Below are positions 1 to 8,161 of a stretch of 64,000 bases of DNA, one piece after another; position 1 is the stretch's first letter, and every line of letters starts with the position of its first letter. Source of the stretch: Nitrospiraceae bacterium. GTDB taxonomy: Bacteria; Nitrospirota; Nitrospiria; Nitrospirales; Nitrospiraceae. The stretch spans positions 561,159 through 625,158 of the forward strand of contig JBFWWG010000002.1 in assembly GCA_050246315.1 (NCBI GenBank), written 5' to 3'. The notes under the pieces are model-generated. The model was not told the DNA's origin and made no database searches. It saw only the letters and a list, made by a program, of their open reading frames with translations. The position numbers and the translations under genes are program-made.

Positions 1-4
1 GAAG

Positions 5-172
5 ACTAGAACCTATCTCAAAATCAAGAAAGCTCACTTCTGACGATAGTCGGTTGGGCAAATTAAGAGTTCTTAGGCGCGTTTCACAGGAAAACATCAA
101 TTCGTTGATGACTCAGGAACCTTTTGGAAAACGCATTCCCGCTCGACAAGCAATTTTGAGATAGGTTCTAGT
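5..172. mobile_element. MITE-like element with perfect 20-bp terminal inverted repeats
   Basis: ACTAGAACCTATCTCAAAAT (5-24) is the exact reverse complement of 153-172; CTAG at both ends; no internal ORF; the right end overlaps the TAG stop of the lexA-like gene. Confidence 0.85.
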
Positions 173-710
173 TGCAATGACGAATAACGCCGACGACAAC
201 CCCTTCGATATGAAATTCATCGGTCGGATGAACGGGAATCGGGCGCATGGCAGGGTTGGCAGGATGAAGCTCGACGTGCGCGCCTCTCCGTACAAATGTC
301 TTGATCGTGGCCTCCCGATTGAGGAGCGCGATCACGGCCTGTCCGTTGCGTGCCATGTGTTGTTTCCTGACCACGACGTAATCTCCAGGCAGGATGCCCT
401 CATCACGCATCGACTCTCCCTTGATCCTGAGGACCATGGTGCCGCCGGCCTCTATCATCGCTTGCGGGACCTCTATCAGGTCGGATTGAGCGATCGGTTC
501 GATCGGAGACCCAGCCGCTACAACCCCCGCCATCGGCAGCACGCGCTTTTCAGTCAGCTTTTTCAGAATGACATCCACGACCCCGGGGATACGTCGCGTT
601 CCTCCTTCATAGCGGGTCACGGTCATCCGGGTCGTCCGTAACTCCTGGGCCAACTCTTCTTGTGTCAATCCAAGGGCCTGGCGGCGACGCTTCAGTTCAT
701 CCGGCTTCAT
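168..710 (-). CDS. LexA/CI-like repressor: XRE (HTH_3) domain fused to peptidase S24 autocleavage domain
   Basis: N-terminal LGLTQEELAQEL...TVTRYEGG XRE HTH; VAAG cleavage site; GESM catalytic Ser; ATIK catalytic Lys; ELHPANP. Confidence 0.9.
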   Translation of the reverse strand: MKPDELKRRRQALGLTQEELAQELRTTRMTVTRYEGGTRRIPGVVDVILKKLTEKRVLPMAGVVAAGSPIEPIAQSDLIEVPQAMIEAGGTMVLRIKGESMRDEGILPGDYVVVRKQHMARNGQAVIALLNREATIKTFVRRGAHVELHPANPAMRPIPVHPTDEFHIEGVVVGVIRHCN

Positions 711-711
711 A

Positions 712-748
712 TGTATCCAATGGTTACAGTTTTCATGCCTCTTGTCAA
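712..748 (-). promoter_or_regulatory. Promoter of lexA-like gene with overlapping palindromic operator
   Basis: Minus strand TTGACA (748-743), 17 nt spacer ending TGT, AACCAT; palindrome TGTATCCAATGGTTACA at 712-728 covers the -10 region. Confidence 0.55.
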
Positions 749-834
749 GCCCCCACCTGTCTCCCGAGTCGCTTTACCGCCAGTCTACACCTGCACTTCA
801 GAACCCCGCCCACCGCCCGATAAGAGATCAACAC

Positions 835-1101
835 ATGATGACGCGCCTCCCAACCATGGCAGAAATCAGCCTCACCAGGCCTTCCCACACGGGACGCCGC
901 ATCATCGCAGCGTTCCTCGGAACCGCCGCCGCTATAGTGTGGTTCCTCATCGCCCTCTCCCTCTGGCATGCACAGGTTCCTGCAACCTGGTTACAAGACC
1001 TCCTCCTCCTCTTGGGCGGATTGCTCGCCTTCTTAGCCCCCTGCACGTTCGTCTGGGCCATCGTGCGTACTTATGAATGGGCAAAAGGGCTGCTTCGCTG
1101 A
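835..1101 (+). CDS. Small two-TM hypothetical membrane protein, divergent from lexA-like gene
   Basis: Two hydrophobic helices (IIAAFLGTAAAIVWFLIALSLW; LLLLLGGLLAFLAPCTFVWAIV); start uncertain (835/838/856). Confidence 0.55.
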   Translation: MMTRLPTMAEISLTRPSHTGRRIIAAFLGTAAAIVWFLIALSLWHAQVPATWLQDLLLLLGGLLAFLAPCTFVWAIVRTYEWAKGLLR

Positions 1102-1240
1102 TTTCAGCAATCCTTCCCTACCGTAGACGCCTTGCCTCATTGACAGAGTTTCTCAAGGTGTCTCCTCTGAAACCTGTCCGTGATCAGCGCCTTCGGCCGA
1201 GGATGCAACCTCCTCCCAATCCTGCCGCTTGTGATTATTC

Positions 1241-1270
1241 TTGACAAATATACTCCACTTTCCATACACT
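1241..1270 (+). promoter_or_regulatory. Sigma70-type promoter for yezD-porin-modA-lipoprotein operon
   Basis: TTGACA-N18-TACACT. Confidence 0.6.
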
Positions 1271-1356
1271 CCAGCATCTGCATCAATCATTCATCATCCT
1301 TCAGATCAAGGTGCTCATCGGATGAAGGCATACGGTGAGACACCCGGAGGAACGCC

Positions 1357-1551
1357 ATGGGAAACCGTGAATCCGTTGCTCAGTGGAACGACCAAGCGAT
1401 TGAGGATGTCATCCTGCGAAGCCTGCTAGGGATTCGCTACGGTTCGATCGAGATCATCGTGCACGACTCGCGGATCGTCCAGATTGAACGCAAAGAAAAA
1501 GTACGATTCGACATGGCTCAGGCACGGGCCGACTCGAAAAGCGTGGGCTGA
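1357..1551 (+). CDS. YezD/DUF2292 family small protein
   Basis: LLGIRYGSIEIIVHDSRIVQIERKEKVRF signature; GGAGG RBS. Confidence 0.88.
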   Translation: MGNRESVAQWNDQAIEDVILRSLLGIRYGSIEIIVHDSRIVQIERKEKVRFDMAQARADSKSVG

Positions 1552-1566
1552 AACCGTATCGGCCCA

Positions 1567-1655
1567 GAAGGCTGCCGGCCGTCCAGCACATACTGGAGGC
1601 CCAGCCTTCCTCTAATTAGCAGCCGACCAGGCGAGCTGACCGGACAACCGGAGGT
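1567..1655 (+). promoter_or_regulatory. Candidate cis-regulatory RNA: repeated GCYGWCCRG-loop-CYGGAGGY hairpins
   Basis: Copies at 1578-1600 (inside outer stem GAAGGCTG/CAGCCTTC) and 1635-1655; partial copy at 1622-1630. Confidence 0.5.
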
Positions 1656-1681
1656 TCCCATGTCACGAAGGAGCTTCAGAC

Positions 1682-3322
1682 ATGAGAACGTCCGGTGTGC
1701 GCCCTTTCATCATTCTTATCCTTCCAGCAATCTTGGCCCTGACTCCACCCGCAGAGGCTGTCGAAGAGGGGCAACTCGTCAAGAAGGAGGGGAAGTGGGA
1801 ATACTATTCGGGAGAAGACCCCGGTCTGAAATATCTCTACCTCAAGGGGATCATCACTCAGGACGAATACGAAAAGGGTCTCAAGGTGCTCGAGACCAAA
1901 GAGCACGCGTCGAAACCCAATTTCAATATCGACGTCAATAACGGGCTGAACATCCGTGTCGGGTCGAAATTCCTGCTGAAAATACGGCTCCTCACTCAAG
2001 TACGCTACACCTACAGCGATTACAATGAAGGCTGGGGCACAATCGGGGATTCACGCAATCCAGAAATTCTCGGTGGCCAGGTGGAATATCGAGCCGTCAG
2101 GAAACAGAGCGATTCCAGTCAGTTCTCGGTTCCCCGCGCCCACCTGCAATTCATGGGATATGCGTTCGATCCGGATTTCCGTTACAACATCTCCTGGGCG
2201 TTCGATCAAACCACCTGGGATCAGGAGGGGAGCAGTGGACGGGCCGGCCTCCTGGACGCTTATATTTCCTCCTGGCACATCCCCTGGGCAACCGTCCAGA
2301 TCGGCCAGCAGCGTGTCTGGTTCAATCGCGCCTTGATCAGCTCCATGGCCACCTCCACCTTTGCGGACAATCTGATCGTCCAAAATGCGTTTGCAGCCAA
2401 CCTGCAAGGCAGCCGCGACATCGGGATCAGCGTGCTGACCGACGAAGACCGATACAAGTTCAACTATGCCGTCGGGATCTGGGGAGGAGTCGGGGCCAAC
2501 CTTGCACGAGAGGGCACAGCCGTCAGTCAAAACGTCCTCCCTCCAACCGGGACACCGGGAGCGCCCCCAGCCACGATCACTCGCACCTACAACTACGGCA
2601 CCCGCTTCATGACCGGTGAGCTCATGTATACCGCCCGGCTGCTCTACAAGATCTCCGGCAATCCAGGGTATGGCCAAGGAGACATTCTCAACTCACGGAT
2701 ACCCCAGGCCGCCATCGCGTTCGGCTATGCGTATAACCCGGCTCAGAACTATCTGAGTTCGACTCGTTCGGACATTGTCCAGCGCGCCTACCGCCAGCGC
2801 GTCGCCAAAGCCTATAACGGCCGACTCCTCGCCGGGGGCATTTACGATTTCCAAACGTATGATGTGGACTTTATTGCGAAGTACCAAGGCTGGTCGCTCC
2901 AGGCCGAAGGCTACTACCGCCACCAGCGCGTGCGCAGTACCGACAGCGGAACCCAACCATACGATCTCAACACGATCCCGTCTCCCCAAATTCTTGGTCC
3001 ACCGGTGAACCTGGGCCAGGCCTGGGGCTATTACGTGCAGGTTGGGAAATATATCATTCCCCGCAAACTTGAACTCGCCGTACGATATGGATTCATGGAC
3101 CCGTCAACCGAGCAGACTCACGACCTGCTCAAGGAATTCGGCGCCGCCATCAACTACAGTTTCGACGGGACCTACAACAACCGACTCGTTATCGACTATT
3201 CCAACATCACGATGGGAAGCGGCGGGCGGGCCCCTGATCGCTTTCCCTTTGAGAGCGAACCGGGCTTCGGACGCGATCTGATCGAAAATCGGATCAACGT
3301 GCAGTACCAATTCTATTTCTGA
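1682..3322 (+). CDS. OprO/OprP-like anion-selective outer membrane porin (paralog 1)
   Basis: Signal peptide; KGIITQDEYEK helical N-domain; LLDAYI, GQQRVWFNR, RDIGI and GWSLQAEGY motifs; C-terminal YQFYF beta-signal. Confidence 0.75.
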   Translation: MRTSGVRPFIILILPAILALTPPAEAVEEGQLVKKEGKWEYYSGEDPGLKYLYLKGIITQDEYEKGLKVLETKEHASKPNFNIDVNNGLNIRVGSKFLLKIRLLTQVRYTYSDYNEGWGTIGDSRNPEILGGQVEYRAVRKQSDSSQFSVPRAHLQFMGYAFDPDFRYNISWAFDQTTWDQEGSSGRAGLLDAYISSWHIPWATVQIGQQRVWFNRALISSMATSTFADNLIVQNAFAANLQGSRDIGISVLTDEDRYKFNYAVGIWGGVGANLAREGTAVSQNVLPPTGTPGAPPATITRTYNYGTRFMTGELMYTARLLYKISGNPGYGQGDILNSRIPQAAIAFGYAYNPAQNYLSSTRSDIVQRAYRQRVAKAYNGRLLAGGIYDFQTYDVDFIAKYQGWSLQAEGYYRHQRVRSTDSGTQPYDLNTIPSPQILGPPVNLGQAWGYYVQVGKYIIPRKLELAVRYGFMDPSTEQTHDLLKEFGAAINYSFDGTYNNRLVIDYSNITMGSGGRAPDRFPFESEPGFGRDLIENRINVQYQFYF

Positions 3323-3362
3323 GACGGCAACGGATCATTCCATCAGTACGAGGAGACCCATC

Positions 3363-4187
3363 ATGAGACGACTCCGTCTGCATTTTGGAACGTACCTGCT
3401 CTTCAGCCTGGTCGCCATCCTGATCCAGGTCACATCTCTGCCCGCCCAACAACCGGAGCCCCTGACCATTGCGGCCGCAAACAGTCTTCGCGACGCATTC
3501 CGCGAGGTGCTTCCCCTCTTCGAATCACGACATCCGGATATCAGGGTGCGCGTGATCTACGGCCCTTCCCAGACACTCCGGAAGCAAATCGAGGAGGGGG
3601 CGCCGGTCGATGTGTTCCTTCCGTCGCTGTTCGAGGAGATCGAAGATCTGGAGAAGAAGAGCTTGCTGATCAACGGAACCAAATATGTCTATGGAGGGAC
3701 CTCCTTGGTATTGGTGACCAATGCGGCGTTGCCGGCTCCCGTCGACTCGATCCAGGCCCTCAAGACCGTCTCGATACGGCGCTTGGCCGTCGGTGATCCC
3801 AAAACGTCCTCCGTCGGGAAAGTGGCGGCACAATTTCTCAAATATAGTCGGCTGGATGAACGGCTTCGGTCGCACTACGTGTATGGCGAACACTCCCGAG
3901 CGGTTCTCGACCTGGTAGCTCAAGGAGAGGCGGAGTTGGGGATTGTGTATCGAACCGATGCGGTCTCCAACACAAAAGTGCGGATCGTCGATACGGCCCC
4001 TCAGGACTCTCACACACCCATCCACTATGGAGTCGCGGTGGTCTGGTCCCACAGGAATCTGGCCTGGGGCCAAGGATTCATTGAGTTCCTCTCGAAGGCT
4101 GAGGTCCAGGCCTCGTTGCAGAAGTACGGATTTGATCGTGTCTCGACCGACACCGGCCTTGGCCAACGGAAGGAGGTCAAACCATGA
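3363..4187 (+). CDS. modA: ModA-family molybdate/tungstate-binding periplasmic protein (paralog 1)
   Basis: AAANSL, QIEEGAPVDVF, AVGDPK, GEAELGIVYRTDA, HTPIHY, LQKYGF. Confidence 0.85.
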   Translation: MRRLRLHFGTYLLFSLVAILIQVTSLPAQQPEPLTIAAANSLRDAFREVLPLFESRHPDIRVRVIYGPSQTLRKQIEEGAPVDVFLPSLFEEIEDLEKKSLLINGTKYVYGGTSLVLVTNAALPAPVDSIQALKTVSIRRLAVGDPKTSSVGKVAAQFLKYSRLDERLRSHYVYGEHSRAVLDLVAQGEAELGIVYRTDAVSNTKVRIVDTAPQDSHTPIHYGVAVVWSHRNLAWGQGFIEFLSKAEVQASLQKYGFDRVSTDTGLGQRKEVKP

Positions 4188-4918
4188 ACCACATCAACAA
4201 GCGGAGGATGGAGAGCCGAGCCTGGCCGCTCCCAGCGGCTGCAGTCATGATCGGCCTGGCAGTCCTCCCCGGTTGCGCAGGTCAGCCTCCCACCAAGACT
4301 ACCTCTGTGTTGGAAGCAGGGCGGAACGTGGTCCAGCTTGAGGCCGATCCGGAGTCCACCTCCAATTCTCATCCGGCCACCCTCACGTCCGCGGAGGTCG
4401 GAACGTTGCTGCGAGGAGTGCGCGCCTGGGAACGGCGAAACCTTTTCCATCGACTCTACGCCGGGGAAGCTCCAAGGACCAGAGCCTTTCGGGACAATGA
4501 GATCGCCCTGTTGGCGCCCGCACTCTCCAAGGCCTTGGCGCAGGCCGATCCCTCCGAGCGTATCTATTTCCACCTGAGCCACGCCACCGAAGCCGGTGAG
4601 GAGGAGACGACCACCGGATGGATTGCTGTCCGAGAGCCGATTCTCTATTTGGCAGTGAGCGAGGTGCACGACCGACACGGCCCGGTTCCGGACATCAGCA
4701 AATACGATCGCCAGATGCCGAACGTTCCGGAGGTTTCCGCCGCATTCGACGTGATCTTCGAACCGGAGGAGTATCTCCAGGCAGTTGAGAGCAAGGGGCG
4801 CTTCTGGGCGACGGATCAACGCGAAGAGTTGCAAATCCGTTATCGAGAAGCATTGGGGTCCATGCCGACACATCCCGGCCTACCAATGAACTCAGCGCCG
4901 ACCCCGTCTCTACCTTGA
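4184..4918 (+). CDS. Hypothetical lipoprotein (family shared with 19861-20562 and 51507-52313)
   Basis: Lipobox LPGC; ATGA overlap with modA; SHPATLT, AFRDNEI and GWIAVREP motifs. Confidence 0.75.
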   Translation: MNHINKRRMESRAWPLPAAAVMIGLAVLPGCAGQPPTKTTSVLEAGRNVVQLEADPESTSNSHPATLTSAEVGTLLRGVRAWERRNLFHRLYAGEAPRTRAFRDNEIALLAPALSKALAQADPSERIYFHLSHATEAGEEETTTGWIAVREPILYLAVSEVHDRHGPVPDISKYDRQMPNVPEVSAAFDVIFEPEEYLQAVESKGRFWATDQREELQIRYREALGSMPTHPGLPMNSAPTPSLP

Positions 4919-5267
4919 GTTGGAGACAAGGCATCATGGTGATGCTGGTCGTGGATGATGATACGGTTATCGCGTCTGAAGCGGCGTGCAGACGCTTTTG
5001 CCGGATCGGAGTGCTCGGCACTCGCAGGGTCACGGAGGAGCCCCTTCATGTCGTTAGGCTCACCCGCATGATTCATGAACGCTTCTGCTGCAATCGCGGA
5101 TTCGCCACTGCAACAGCGCCAACATACAAGGTCGAAGGCACAGGGTCTCTCCGCCTCGATATGATCGAACGATGCACGATTGTGAGAAATGGTCGCCTTC
5201 CCTCAAGCATCGTGCCGCCCGATTCAACCGCTCGGCCCGGGTGGCACGGAGGAGACCCGAAGCATGA

Positions 5268-6893
5268 TCAAGGAATGGCAGGGCTGGTCAAATCGTTATG
5301 CACGCTGTTGTTGCTTGCGTTCACGTCAATGCCCCCGGCAGGAGGTGGTTTATCGAGATCGACGAATTGAAACGTCCCGAAGGGTTGGATCTGGTCGTCG
5401 GACGGCAATTGATCTCGGTTCCAGCCTCCGCCGAGCGCACGGATCAGTGCGACCGAGGATGTCAGGAGTTCGGCCTTGATCTGGACAGACTCGATGCGTG
5501 CCGTGAGCGTTTGGACCTGCGCATAGATCAGTTCGAGGCTGGAGGCCAGCCCACCTTGATAGAGCTCCATAGTCAGATTTTGAGCCTTGAAGTTGGCTCC
5601 GACGGAGGCGTCTTGCCGGTTGGCCGCGACGGTCAGCCGGTTGGTCAAGCTCAAATTGTTCTCGACCTCGCGAAACGCATTGAGCACCGTCGAACGGTAG
5701 AGGTCTTCCGTCTCACGATAGGCAGACCAGGCCTGCTGCAATTGGGCGCGGCGATACCCGCCTTGGAAAACCGGCAGCGCAACAGTGGCGCCATAGGACC
5801 AAAAACTATTGGCCAGCGAGATCAAATTGATACCGACATCCTCGAATCCACCGCCGATCCGAAACCTCACATCGGGAAAAAAGGCGGCACGGGCGATGCC
5901 GATAGCGCGGTTCGCCTGCGCCATCCGGCGTTCCATAGCGGCAACGTCGGGCCGACGTTCCAGCAAGGTGGATGGGATCGTCTGCGGAACTGAAAAATTC
6001 ACGACCCGTAGCTCATCGACCGGCTTGATGGTGAAACTGGCCGGGGCCATGTTGACGAGAATGGCGATCGCCTGTTCCGCCACCTGACGTTGTCCTTGAA
6101 CGCGGGCTAACTGCGTCTCGGTACTGAACAGCAGGGATTCGACGCGAGCGACGTCAAGCGCCGACGCGATCGCGCCGGCAAATTGGGCCTTGACGAGATC
6201 AAGCGATTGTCGATACAGCGTGATCGACTGAGAATAGATGGCGATTTGCGCGTCGTAGCCGCGCAGGGTGAAATAGTTCGCCCCGATTTCCGCCTGAAGG
6301 CTGAGGCGCGCAAGCCCCCAGTCGGCGGCGCGTTCTTCGGCACGGTAGGTTTCCACTCGCGTCGCATTGCGGATCGCCGACCAGAAGTCGGGTTCCCACG
6401 CTGCCAATCCGCCTAGGAGCACGGTCGATTGTCTACTATCGATATCGGGCGGGCGAAACAGCGCATTATCGGATAGGCGGTTGTTTGAAGCGTCAAAACC
6501 CACACCAACCTGCGGGATACGGCGCGACCTGGCCTTCATCATCATATCCCGAGCCTGTATGAACCGCTCGGCGGCGGCCTGTAGATCCGGATTGGCCACC
6601 ATCGCCTGATCAATGAGCCTGTTCAGAACCGGATCGTCGTAGAGTTGCCACCAATCCGGTCGCAATTCGTCATCCGACGGCTTGGCTTCGACGAAGGGAC
6701 TCGCGCCTCGCCATGAGGCAGGGACGACATATTGAGGCGGTTCATAGGAAGGCGCGAGGTCGGCATGCGGCAGCCAGTCGCTTTGGCATGCGGAGAGAGT
6801 GAGCATCAAGAGGAGCAGGCCGCTGCGCCGCTGAAAGGCACGAACCATAGACGGCACGTCTGAGTTCACACGCGGTCGCAGGCCGATGATCAT
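5268..6893 (-). CDS. RND efflux outer membrane lipoprotein, NodT/OprM family
   Basis: Lipobox LSAC; WWQLYDDPVLNRL, PSTLLERRPDV, AFREVEN, LIRALGGGW. Confidence 0.92.
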   Translation of the reverse strand: MIIGLRPRVNSDVPSMVRAFQRRSGLLLLMLTLSACQSDWLPHADLAPSYEPPQYVVPASWRGASPFVEAKPSDDELRPDWWQLYDDPVLNRLIDQAMVANPDLQAAAERFIQARDMMMKARSRRIPQVGVGFDASNNRLSDNALFRPPDIDSRQSTVLLGGLAAWEPDFWSAIRNATRVETYRAEERAADWGLARLSLQAEIGANYFTLRGYDAQIAIYSQSITLYRQSLDLVKAQFAGAIASALDVARVESLLFSTETQLARVQGQRQVAEQAIAILVNMAPASFTIKPVDELRVVNFSVPQTIPSTLLERRPDVAAMERRMAQANRAIGIARAAFFPDVRFRIGGGFEDVGINLISLANSFWSYGATVALPVFQGGYRRAQLQQAWSAYRETEDLYRSTVLNAFREVENNLSLTNRLTVAANRQDASVGANFKAQNLTMELYQGGLASSLELIYAQVQTLTARIESVQIKAELLTSSVALIRALGGGWNRDQLPSDDQIQPFGTFQFVDLDKPPPAGGIDVNASNNSVHNDLTSPAIP

Positions 6894-8161
6894 GGCGAAA
6901 CCGACGAGGAATGTGCCGCTTGTTCCTTAGGCTCTGATTGTTGCGGTGACTCCGACTGATCAGGCGGTCTCAATTTGTCCTTTGACGCCACGGTTTCGGT
7001 ATTGACGAGGTCGTAACCCGCTGCCGGCGTCACAAGGCGCACCTTGTCGCCTTCAAGCAACGCAGCGCTGGGATTGTTGATGATCCGGTCGCTTGCCGAA
7101 AGCCCCTCCGCGACTTCGACAAATTGATCCATGAGTTTGCTCACCGTGATGGATTTCAAGTGAACTCTGTCGTCCTCCGTCACCACGGCCACTTGCGTGC
7201 CGTGCTCCTGGAACACCAACGCGGTGGACGGCATCGTGAATGCTTGTCGATCGACCGGAGCCGTGAGATGGACCTCGGCGTAAGAACCGGGCCAGAGCGT
7301 TCGGTCCTCATTGTCGATCGTAAAGACCGTCACCGCGGTGCGCGTACTTACATCGAAGCCTTTTGAGACCGTCAGAAATTTTCCAATGAAATGACGTTTG
7401 GGCAATTGCGGCACGGTCACGTCGGCCGTCAGACCCGGCTGGAGGAAAGGCCCGAACGATTCCGGCACGTTGACGAAAAGACGCAATATGTGGACGTCGG
7501 CCACTGTAAACAGGTTGCTTTTCGCATTGGGGGTGTTGAGGTTACCTTCCTTGCTGACCAAGTCGCCGACATTAATGTTGCGCTGGGTCACCACGCCGTC
7601 GAAGGGGGCGACGATTGTTTTGAACCGTATGAACGCTTCGATATTCCTGACCTTTTGTTCTGCGGCCTTGACCTTCGCCGCTTCGGCTTTCAACTCCTGT
7701 TCCTTGACGGTGATCGATTGTTCGGAGACTGCGTGATTGGGACGGAGCGCGATCCAGCGCTTGGCGGTCACCTCGGCAAGCTTATACCTGGCACGTTCCG
7801 TATCCAAATCTGCCTTGGACTGCGCATATTCGGCGTCGAGATCCGGCGCATTGATTTCGGCGAGAATGTCGCCTTTCTTCACATGGTCTCCGTAGTCCTT
7901 GTACCACATTTTTACATAGCCGGTGACGCGCGCGTACATGGGCGCCTCGTACCAGCCCACGATATTGCCGGGAAGCGTAATGGTCTCGGTCGCCGGCACC
8001 GGCTTTGCGGAGACGACGGCCACGGTCGAAATGGCCTCTTCGAGTGTCTTCTCCCGCAGCAGCGCGGCGTCACCTCTACTCTCATAGACCCGATAGCCCA
8101 CATAGCCCACGCACAACAAGACCGCTGAAAGGACCATGCCTCTTCCACCGAATGTCTTCAT
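6890..8161 (-). CDS. RND efflux periplasmic adaptor (MFP)
   Basis: ARVTGYV...DYGDHVKKGD and IVAPFDGVVTQR lipoyl half-motifs. Confidence 0.92.
   Translation of the reverse strand: MKTFGGRGMVLSAVLLCVGYVGYRVYESRGDAALLREKTLEEAISTVAVVSAKPVPATETITLPGNIVGWYEAPMYARVTGYVKMWYKDYGDHVKKGDILAEINAPDLDAEYAQSKADLDTERARYKLAEVTAKRWIALRPNHAVSEQSITVKEQELKAEAAKVKAAEQKVRNIEAFIRFKTIVAPFDGVVTQRNINVGDLVSKEGNLNTPNAKSNLFTVADVHILRLFVNVPESFGPFLQPGLTADVTVPQLPKRHFIGKFLTVSKGFDVSTRTAVTVFTIDNEDRTLWPGSYAEVHLTAPVDRQAFTMPSTALVFQEHGTQVAVVTEDDRVHLKSITVSKLMDQFVEVAEGLSASDRIINNPSAALLEGDKVRLVTPAAGYDLVNTETVASKDKLRPPDQSESPQQSEPKEQAAHSSSVSP

Noticed and set aside
168..1101. Prophage implied by the CI-like repressor
   Set aside because: No integrase, replication or structural phage genes in the window; the left flank is not visible
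1660..1941. 93-aa ORF overlapping the porin start
   Set aside because: Out of frame within a clear CDS and shadow-like in composition; only its start context is noted as possibly regulatory
4915..5370. 151-aa + strand ORF starting with a receiver-like MLVVDDD
   Set aside because: No further receiver motifs, atypical composition, and it overlaps the 3' end of the NodT gene; likely spurious
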